Shown: one piece after another, positions 53,640-64,000 of the stretch | Layout of the letters: each line of letters opens with the position of its first letter | How positions within the stretch are numbered: the first letter of the stretch is position 1 | Assembly: GCA_951406725.2 (NCBI GenBank) | Contig: OX597814.1 | Location: forward strand, 134,540,001 to 134,604,000 | DNA: 64,000 nucleotides | Origin: Octopus vulgaris | Lineage: Eukaryota | Direction of reading: 5' to 3' | Notes under the pieces: generated by a model | The model's input: the letters and a program-made list of their open reading frames with translations, nothing else | Databases searched by the model: none | What the model was told of the DNA's origin: nothing | Program-made: the position numbers and the translations under genes

Positions 53640-56600
53640 ACGTTTGTTTGCTTTTTATGATGCTTTATTTTAACACATATATTTTAGTATCAATTTATGA
53701 TCGAAAAAACTATTATAATTTACTGTTGCGTGCTAGTGTTTACTCATCTCATTACAATTTGATTGCCAGTTAACTATATTATTACTTTACAAAATTGTGT
53801 TCCTTTTCAGCATAGTGAAATTATTATTGAGTTGTTTGTTGGTTATTTATTGAGCACAGTTTTACCTGCGTCTTTTTGTTGTTTTTCTGTTTGCTTCCCT
53901 TGCAGTGAAAAAAAGCTTAACCTAGCAAAGTACAGTAAGTAAGGAGTTTAGTTCTTTGATATAAAATGACCTGTATTGTTGTTTGCAACATGCTTTCGAT
54001 ATTTGACACACAATCTGTAGGTAAAAGAAACAGAAAGTTGGACTTGAAGAGACAAGAAATAAAAGTCTGGTTGGTACGACCACATTTTTGCCTATTCATT
54101 TGTTATATACATAGTAAGAATGTTTGTCTTTATTTTCTTAACACCTTTTGCTTTATTTTCTTAACACATATATTTCAGTATCAATTTATGATCGTAAAAT
54201 GTATTGTAAATGACTGTTGTGTGCTAGTGTTTATTCATCTCTTTACTATTTGATTGCTAGTTAACTATATTATTACTTTATAAAATTGTGTTCCCTTTCA
54301 GCATTGTGAAATTATTATTGAGTTGTTTGTTGGATATTTGTTGAGCACAGTTTTGTTTGTGTGTTTCTCTTGTTGTTTTTTTATTTGGTTTCCTTGCAGT
54401 GCAAAAGCTTAAGCTAGCAAAGTTACAGTAAGTAAGCAGTTTAGTTCTTTGATATAAAATGTCCTGTATTGTGTGCAACATGCTTTCTATATTTGACACA
54501 GAATCTGTAGGTCAAAGAAACAGATAGTTGGACTTGAAAAGACAGAAGGAATGAAATTCTGGCTGGTACAACAGCATTTTTGCCTATTCATTTGCTATAT
54601 ACATAGCAAGAATGTTCGTCTTAATTTTCTTAAAACCTTTGGCTTTATTTTCTTAACACATATATTTTAGTATCAATTTATGATCGTAAAATTTATTCTA
54701 AATGACTGTTGCGTGCTAGTGTTTACTCATCTCATTATTATTTGATTGCTAGTTAACTATGTTATTACCTTATAAAATTGTGTTCCCTTTCACCATTGTG
54801 AAATTATTATTGAGTTGTTTGTTGGTTATTTATTCAGCACAGTTTTACCTGTGTCTTTTTGTTGTTGTTTTTCTGTTTGCTTTCCTTGCAGTGAAAAAAG
54901 CTGAAGCTAGCAAAGTACTGTAAGTAAGCAGTTTAGTTCTTTGATATAAAATGACCTGTATTGTTGTTTGGAACATGCTTTCGATATTTGACACACAATC
55001 TGTAGGTAAATGAAACAGAAAGTTGGACTTGAAGAGACAAAAGAAATGAAATTTTGGTTGGTACGACCCCATTTTTGCCTATTCATTTGTTATATACATA
55101 GTAAGAATGTTCGTTTTTATTTTCTTAACACATATATTTTAGTATCAATTTGTGATTGTAAAGATATTGTACTTTACTGTTGCGTGCTAGTGTTTACTCA
55201 TCTCTTAACTATTTCATTGCTAGTTGACTATATTATTACTTTATAAAATTGTGTTCCCTTTCAGCATTGTGGAATTATTATTGAGTTGTTTGTTGGTAAT
55301 ATGTTGAGCACAGTTTTGCTTCTGTGTTTCTGTTGTTGTTTTTCTGTTTGCCTTCCTTGCAGTGAAAAAAAGCGTAAGCTAGCAAAGTACAGTAAGTAAG
55401 CAGTTTACTTCTTTGATATTAAATGACCTGAATTGTTGTTTGCAACATGTTTTCGATATTTGACACCCAATCTGTAGGTAAAAAAACAGAAAGTTGGACT
55501 TAAAGAGACAGAAGTGAAATTCTGGTTGGTACGACCGCATTTTTGCCTATTCATTTGTTATATACATAGTAAGAATGTTCGTCTTTATTTTCTTAATACC
55601 TTTTGCTTTATTTTCTTAACACATATATTTTAGTATCAATTTATGATTGTAAAGATATTGTACTTTACTGTTGTGTACTAGTGTTTACTAATCTCATTAC
55701 TATTTGATTGCTATTTAACTATATTATTACTTTACATAACTCTGTTCCTTTTCAGCATTGTGAAATTATTATTGAGTTGTTTGTTGGTTATTTATTGAGC
55801 ACAGTTTTGCCTGTGTCTTTTTGTTGTTGTTTTTTCTGTTTCCTTTCCTTGCAGTCAAAAAAAGCTTAAGCTAGCAAAGTACAGTAAGTAAGCAGTTTAG
55901 TTCTTTGATATAAAATGACCTGTATTGTTGTTTGCAACATGCTTTCGATATTTGACACACCATCTGTAGGTAAAAGAAACAGATAGTTGGACTTGAAAGG
56001 ACAGAAGCAACAAAATTCTGGCTTGTACAACCGCATTTTTGCCTATTCATTTGCTATATATATAGTAAGAATGTTCGTCTTTATTTTCTTAAAACCTTTT
56101 GCTTTATTTTCTTAACACATATATTTTAGTATCAATTTATGATCGTAAAATGTATGGTAAATGACTGTTGCGTGCTAGTGTTTATTCATCTCTTTACTAT
56201 TTGATTGCTAGTTAACTTTATTATTACTTTATAAAATTGTGTTCCCTTTCAGCATTGTGAAATTATTACTGAGTTGTTTGTTGGTTATTTGTTGAGCACA
56301 GTTTTGTATGTATGTTTCTCTTGTTGTTTTTTTTATTTGGTTTCCTTGCAGTGCAAAAAGCTTAAGCTAGCAAAGTACAGTAAGGAAGCAGTTTAGTTAT
56401 TTGATATAAAATGTCCTGTATTGTTGTTTGCAACATGCTTTCTATATTTGACACAGAATCTGTAGTTCAAAGAAACAGATAGTTGGACTTGAAAAGACAG
56501 AAGGAATGAATTTCTGGCTAGTACAACAGCATTTTTGCCTATTTATTATTGAGTTGTTTGTTGGTTATTTATTGAGCACAGTTTTGCCTGTGTCTTTTTG

Positions 56601-59600
56601 TTGTTTTTCTGTTTGCTTTCCTTGCAGTGAAAAAAAGCTTAAGCTAGCAACGTACAGTAAGTAAGCAGTTTAGTTCTTTGATATAAAATGACCTGTATTG
56701 TCGTTTGCAACATGCTTTCGATATTTGACACACAATCTGTAGGTAAAAGAAACAGAAAGTTGGACTTGAAGAGACAGAAGAAATGAAATTCTTGTTGGTA
56801 CGACCGCATTTTTGCCTATTCATTTGTTATATACATAGGAAGAATGTTCGTCTTTGTTTTCTTAACACCTTTTGCTTTATTTTCTTAACACATATATTTT
56901 AGTATCAACTTATGATTGTAAAGATATTGGACTTTACTGTTGCGTACTAGTGTTTACTAATCTCATTACTATTTGATTGCTATTTAACTATATTATTACT
57001 TTATAAAATTGTGTTCCCTTTCAGCATTGTGAAATTATTATTGAGTTGTTTGTTGGTAATATGTTGAGCACAATTTTGCTTCTGTGTTTCTGTTGTTGTT
57101 TTTCTGTTTGCTTTCCTTGCAGTGAAAAAAAGCTTAAGCTAGCAAAGTACAGTAAGTAAGCAGTTTAGTTCTTTGATATAAAATGACCTGTATTGTTGTT
57201 TGCAACATGCTTTCGATATTTGACACACCATCTGTTGGTAAAAGAAACAGAAAGTCGGACTTGAAGACACAGCAGAACTGAAATTCTGGTTGGTACGGTC
57301 GCATTTTTGCCTATTCATTTGTTATAGCATAGGAAGAATGTTTGTCTTTGTTTTCTTAACACCTTTCGCTTTATTTTCTTAACACATATATTTTAGTATA
57401 AATTTATGATTGTAAAATATTGTACTGTACTGTTGTGTACTAGTGTTTACTAATCTCATTACTATTTGATTGCTATTTAACTTTTTTTTTACTTTATATA
57501 ACTCTGTTCCCTTTCAGCATTGTGAAATTATTATTGAGTTGTTTGTTCCTTATTTGTTGAGCACAGTTTTGTTTGTGTGTTTCTGTTGTTGTTTTTCAAT
57601 TTGGTTTCCTTGCAGTGAAAAAAGCTTACGCTAGCAAAGTACTGTAAGTAAACAGTTTAGTTCTTTGATATAAAATGACCTGTATTGTTGTTTGCAACAT
57701 GCTTTCTATATTTGACACACCATCTGTAGGTAAAAGAAACAGATAGTTGGACTTGAAAGGACAGAAGCAATAAAATTCTGGCTTGTACAACCGCATTTTT
57801 GCCTATTCATTTGCTATATACATAGCAAGAATGTTCGTCTTAATTTTCTTAAAACCTTTGGCTTTATTTTCTTAACTCATATATTTTAGTATCAATTTAT
57901 GATCGTAAAATTTATTCTAAATGACTGTTGCGTGCTAGTGTTTACACATCTCATTATTATTTGATTGCTAGTTAACTATGTTATTACCTTATAAAATTGT
58001 GTTCCCTTTCACCATTGTGAAATTATTATTGAATTGTTTGTTGGTTATTTATTCAGCACAGTTTTACCTGTGTCTTTTTGTTGTTGTTTTTCTGTTTGCT
58101 TTCCTTGCAGTGAAAAAAAGCTGAAGCTAGCAAAGTACAGTAAGTAAGCAGTTTAGTTCTTTGATATAAAATGACCTGTATTGTTGTTTGGAACATGCTT
58201 TCGATATTTGACACACATTCTGTAGGTAAATGAAACAGAAAGTTGGACTTGAAGAGACAGAAGAAATGAAATTTTGGTTGGTACGACCCCATTTTTGCCT
58301 ATTCATTTGTTATATACATAGTAAGAATGTTCGTTTTTATTTTCTTAACACCTTTTGCTTTATTTTCTTAACACATATATTTTAGTATCAATTTGTGATT
58401 GTAAAGATATTGTACTTTACTGTTGCGTGCTAGTGTTTACTCATCTCTTTACTATTTCATTGCTAGTTGACTATATTATTACTTTCTAAAATTGTGTTCC
58501 CTTTCAGCATTGTGGAATTATTATTGAGTTGTTTGTTGGTAATATGTTGGGCACAGTTTGCTTCTGTGTTTCTGTTGTTGTTTTTCTGTTTGCCTTCCTT
58601 GCACTGAAAAAAAGCGTAAGCTAGCAAAGTACAGTAAGTAAGCAGTTTACTTCTTTGATATTAAATGACCTGAATTGTTGTTTGCAACATGTTTTCGATA
58701 TTTGACACCCAATCTGTAGGTAAAAAAAACAGAAAGTTGGACTTGAAGAGACAGAAGTGAAATTGTGGTTGGTACGACCGCATTTTTGCCTATTCATTTG
58801 TTATATACATAGTAAGAATGTTCGTCTTTATTTTCTTAACACCTTTTGCTTTATTTTCTTAACACATATATTTCAGTATCAATTTATGATTGTAAAGATA
58901 ATTGTACTTTACTGTTGCGTACTAGTGTTTACTCATATCATTACTATTTCATTGCTAGGTGACTATATTATTACTTTATAAAATTGTGTTCCCTCTCAGC
59001 ATTGTGAAATTATTATTGGGTTGTTTGTTGGTAATATGTTGAGCACAGTTTTGCTTCTGTGTTTCTGTTGTTGTTTTTCTGTTTGCTTTCCTTGCAGTGC
59101 AAAAAGCTTAAGCTAGCAAAGTACAGTAAGTAAGCAGTTTAGTTCTTTGATATAAAATGACCTATATTGTTGTTTGCAACATGCTTTCGATATTTAACAC
59201 ACAATCTGTAGGTAAAAGAAACAGAAAGTTGGACTTGAAGAGACAGAAGAAATGAAATTCTTGTTGGTACGACCGCATTTTTGCCTATTCATTTGTTATA
59301 TACATAGGAAGAACGTTCGTCTTTGTTTTCTTAACACGTTTCGCTTATTTTCTTAACATATATATTTTGGTATCAATTTATGAATGTAAAGATATTGTAC
59401 TTTACTGTTGTTTACTAGTGTTTACTAATCTCATTACTATTTGATTGCTATTTAACTATATTATTACTTTATATAACTCTGTTCCTTTTCAGCATTGTGA
59501 AATTATTATTGAGTTGTTTGTTGGTTATTTATTGAGCACAGTTTTGCCTGTGTCTTGTTGTTGTTGTTTTTTCTGTTTCCTTTCCTTGCAGTGAAAAAAG

Positions 59601-62600
59601 CTTAAGCTAGCAAAGTACTGTAAGTAAACAGTTTAGTTCTTTGATATAAAATGACCTGTTTTGTTGTTTGCAACATGCTTTCTATATTTGACACACCATC
59701 TGTAGGTAAAAGAAACAGATAGTTGGACATGAAAGGACAGAAGCAATAAAATTCTGACTTGTACAACTGCATTTTTGCCTATTCATTTGCTATATACATA
59801 GCAAGAATGTTCGTCTTAATTTTCTTAAAACCTTTGGCTTTATTTTCTTAACACATATATTTTAGTATCAATTTATGATCGTAAAATTTATTCTAAATGA
59901 CTGTTGCGTGCTAGTGTTTACTCATCTCATTATTATTTGATTGGTAGTTAACTATGTTATTACCTTATAAAATTGTGTTCCCTTTCACCATTGTGAAATT
60001 ATTATTGAGTTGTTTGTTGGTTATTTATTCAGCACAGTTTTACCTGTGTCTTTTTGTTGTTGTTTTTCTGTTTGCTTTCCTTGCAGTGAAAAAAAAGCTT
60101 AAGCTAGCAAAGTACAGTAAGTAAGCAGTTTAGTTCTTTGATATAAAATGACCTGTATTGTTGTTTGGAACATGCTTTCGATATTTGACACACAATCTGT
60201 AGGTAAATGAAACAGAAAGTTGGACTTGAAGAGACAGAAGAAAAGAAATTTTGGTTGGTACGACCCCATTTTTGCCTATTCATTTGTTATATACATAGTA
60301 AGAATGTTCGTTTTTATTTTCTTAACACCTTTTGCTTTAATTTCTTAACACATATATTTTAGTATCAATTTGTGATTGTAAAGATATTGTACTTTACTGT
60401 TGCGTGCTAGTGTTTACTCATCTGTTAACTATTTCATTGCTAGTTGACTATATTATTACTTTATAAAATTGTGTTCCCTTTCAGCATTGTGGAATTATTA
60501 TTGAGTTGTTTGTTGGTAATATGTTGAGCACAGTTTTGCTTCTGTGTTTCTGTTGTTGTTTTTCTGTTTGCCTTCCTTGCAGTGAAAAAAAAGCGTAAGC
60601 TAGCAAAGTACAGTAAGTAAGCAGTTTACTTCTTTGATATTAAATGACCTGAATTGTTGTTTGCAACATGTTTTCGATATTTGACACCCAATCTGTAGGT
60701 AAAAAAAACAGAAAGTTGGACTTAAAGAGACAGAAGTGAAATTCTGGTTGGTACGACCGCATTTTTGCCTATTCATTTGTTATATACATAGTAAGAATGT
60801 TCGTCTTTATTTTCTTAACACCTTTTGCTTTATTTTCTTAACACATATATTTTAGTATCAATTTATGATTGTAAAGATATTGTACTTTACTAATCTCATT
60901 ACTATTTGATTGCTATTTAACTATATTATTACTTTATATAACTCTGTTCCTTTTCAGCATTGTGAAATTATTATTGAGTTGTTTGTTGGTTATTTATTGA
61001 GCACAGTTTTGCCTGTGTCTTTTTGTTGTTTTTTCTGTTTCCTTTCCTTGCAGTCAAAAAAAGCTTAAGCTAGCAAAGTACAGTAAGTAAGCAGTTTAGT
61101 TCTTTGATATAAAATGACCTGTATTGTTGTTTGGAACATGCTTTCGATATTTGACACACAATCTGTAGGTAAATGAAACAGGATGTTGGACTTGAAGAGA
61201 CAGAAGAAATGAAATTTTGGTTGGTACGACCCCATTTTTGCCTATTCATTTGTTATATACATAGTAAGAATGTTCGTTTTTATTTTCTTAACACCTTTTG
61301 CTTTATTTTCTTAACACATATATTTTAGTATAAATTTGTGATTGTAAATATATTGTACTTTACTGTTGCGTGCTAGTGTTTATTCATCTCTTTACTATTT
61401 GATTGCTAGTTAACTATATTATTACTTTATAAAATTGTGTTCCCTTTCAGCATTGTGAAATTATTACTAAGTTGTTTGTTGGTTATTTGTTGAGCACAGT
61501 TTTGTATGTATGTTTCTCTTGTTGTTTTTTTTATTTGGTTTCCTTGTAGTGCAAAAAGCTTAAGCTAGCAAAGTACAGTAAGTAAGCAGTTTATTTATTT
61601 GATATAAAATGTCCTGTATTCTTTGCAACATGCTTTCTATATTTGACACAGAATCTGTAGGTCAAAGAAACAGATAGTTGGACTTGAAAAGACAGAAGGA
61701 ATGAATTTCTGGCTGGTACAACAGCATTTTTGCCTATTTATTATTGAGTTGTTTGTTGGTTATTTATTGAGCACAGTTTTGCCTGTGTCTTTTTGTTGTT
61801 TTTTCTGTTTCCTTTCCTTGCAGTCAAAAAAAGCTTAAGCTAGCAAAGTACAGTAAGTAAGCAGTTTAGTTCTTTGATATAAAATGACCTGTATTGTTGT
61901 TTGGAACATGCTTTCGATATTTGACACACAATCTGTAGGTAAATGAAACAGGATGTTGGACTTGAAGAGACAGAAGAAATGAAATTTTGGTTGGTACGAC
62001 CCCATTTTTGCCTATTCATTTGTTATATACATAGTAAGAATGTTCGTTTTTATTTTCTTAACACCTTTTGCTTTATTTTCTTAACACATATATTTTAGTA
62101 TAAATTTGTGATTGTAAATATATTGTACTTTACTGTTGCGTGCTAGTGTTTATTCATCTCTTTACTATTTGATTGCTAGTTAACTATATTATTACTTTAT
62201 AAAATTGTGTTCCCTTTCAGCATTGTGAAATTATTACTAAGTTGTTTGTTGGTTATTTGTTGAGCACAGTTTTGTATGTATGTTTCTCTTGTTGTTTTTT
62301 TTATTTGGTTTCCTTGTAGTGCAAAAAGCTTAAGCTAGCAAAGTACAGTAAGTAAGCAGTTTATTTATTTGATATAAAATGTCCTGTATTCTTTGCAACA
62401 TGCTTTCTATATTTGACACAGAATCTGTAGGTCAAAGAAACAGATAGTTGGACTTGAAAAGACAGAAGGAATGAATTTCTGGCTGGTACAACAGCATTTT
62501 TGCCTATTTATTATTGAGTTGTTTGTTGGTTATTTATTGAGCACAGTTTTGCCTGTGTCTTTTTGTTGTTTTTTCTGTTTCCTTTCCTTGCAGTCAAAAA

Positions 62601-64000
62601 AAGCTTAAGCTAGCAAAGTACAGTAAGTAAGCAGTTTAGTTCTTTGATATAAAATGACCTGTATTGTTGTTTGGAACATGCTTTCGATATTTGACACACA
62701 ATCTGTAGGTAAATGAAACAGGATGTTGGACTTGAAGAGACAGAAGAAATGAAATTTTGGTTGGTACGACCCCATTTTTGCCTATTCATTTGTTATATAC
62801 ATAGTAAGAATGTTCGTTTTTATTTTCTTAACACCTTTTGCTTTATTTTCTTAACACATATATTTTAGTATAAATTTGTGATTGTAAATATATTGTACTT
62901 TACTGTTGCGTGCTAGTGTTTATTCATCTCTTTACTATTTGATTGCTAGTTAACTATATTATTACTTTATAAAATTGTGTTCCCTTTCAGCATTGTGAAA
63001 TTATTACTAAGTTGTTTGTTGGTTATTTGTTGAGCACAGTTTTGTATGTATGTTTCTCTTGTTGTTTTTTATTTGGTTTCCTTGTAGTGCAAAAAGCTTA
63101 AGCTAGCAAAGTACAGTAAGTAAGCAGTTTATTTATTTGATATAAAATGTCCTGTATTCTTTGCAACATGCTTTCTATATTTGACACAGAATCTGTAGGT
63201 CAAAGAAACAGATAGTTGGACTTGAAAAGACAGAAGGAATGAATTTCTGGCTGGTACAACAGCATTTTTGCCTATTTATTATTGAGTTGTTTGTTGGTTA
63301 TTTATTGAGCACAGTTTTGCCTGTGTCTTTTTGTTGTTTTTCTGTTTGCTTTACTTGCAGTGAAAAAAAGCTTAAGCTAGCAACGTACAGTAAGTAAGCA
63401 GTTTAGTTCTTTGATATAAAATGACCTGTATTGTTGTTTGCAACATGCTTTCGATATTTGACACACAATCTGTAGGTAAAAGAAACAGAACGTTGAACTT
63501 GAAGAGACAGATGAAATGAAATTCTTGTTGGTACGACCGCATTTTTGCCTATTCATTTGTTATATACATAGGAAGAATGTTCGTCTTTGTTTTCTTAACA
63601 CCTTTTGCTTTATTTTCTTAACACATATATTTTAGTATCAATTTATGATTGTAAAGATATTGTACTTTACTGTTGTGTACTAGTGTTTACTAATCTCATT
63701 ACTATTTGATTGCTATTTAACTATATTATTACTTTATAAAATTGTGTTCCCTTTCAGCATTGTGAAATTATTATTGAGTTGTTTGTTGGTAATATGTTGA
63801 GCACAGTTTTGCTTCTGTGTTTCTGTTGTTGTTTTTCTGTTTGCTTTCCTTGCAGTGAAAAAAAGCTTAAGCTAGCAAAGTACAGTAAGTAAGCAGTTTA
63901 GTTCTTTGATATGAAATGAACTGTATTGTTGTTTGCAACATGCTTTCGATATTTGACACAATCTGTAGGTAAAAGAAACAGAAAGTTGGACTTGAAGAGA
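53640..64000 (+). repeat. ~494-bp tandem array (23 copies in window, four shortened to ~275 bp) carrying splice-site cassettes
   Basis: ccttgcag|tgaaaaaaagcttaagctagcaaagtaca|gtaagt and variants at 53906, 54400, 54892, 55363, 55855, 56352, 56628 ... 63361, 63856. Confidence 0.97.

Larger units (their letters stand above)
41433..53640 (+). ncRNA. Putative multi-exon spliced transcript (lncRNA or degenerate micro-exon gene)
   Basis: Short segments with polypyrimidine-YAG and GT donors, e.g. 41433-41531, 44441-44449, 46543-46605, 47230-47274, 49930-50074, 51037-51058, 51209-51216, 51662-51692, 52365-52396, 52955-53028; I could not build a continuous ORF. Confidence 0.35.

Noticed and set aside
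53950-54090. H/ACA snoRNA reading of the 494-bp unit (two hairpins, ANANNA, ACAttt in the first copy)
   Set aside because: ACA is present only in copy 1 (GCA/CCA elsewhere, absent in the progenitor), pocket spacing is atypical and no target is recognised; an Infernal/snoReport run would settle it.
55020-55070. Hammerhead ribozyme in the 494-bp unit (ttgaaga...gaaa)
   Set aside because: Core reads TTGAAGA rather than CTGANGA, and stem II is not convincing.

Overview
AT-rich metazoan genomic DNA, most likely an octopus/cephalopod (inferred from long (TA)n/(CA)n tracts, tRNA-derived SINEs and RTE LINEs with (GAT)n tails). (1) 1-9.5 kb: the last five coding exons of a SPIDR-like gene (+ strand), with SINE/MITE/RTE relics in the introns. 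(2) 10.6-32.6 kb: an RTE 3' end, a 100-N gap, a ~14.6 kb array of ~38 near-identical ~390-bp CpG-rich monomers running directly into a near-intact RTE LINE (EN-RT with a PHD-like Zn-finger insert), ~920 bp of (TA)n, and a second, 5'-truncated RTE tail-to-tail. (3) 32.6-39.3 kb: stacked dead TEs (Helitron, MULE, Tc1/maT, CR1-like, RTE). (4) 41-64 kb: unique AT-rich sequence with many short + strand exon-like segments, grading into a young ~494-bp tandem array (23 copies, runs off the window) whose unit carries up to four micro-exon-like cassettes; a diverged progenitor lies at ~52.3-52.5 kb. The best candidates for something undescribed are the amplified micro-exon cassette array and the monomer array fused to the LINE 5' end. 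All calls are by eye; no alignment, folding or database search was run.
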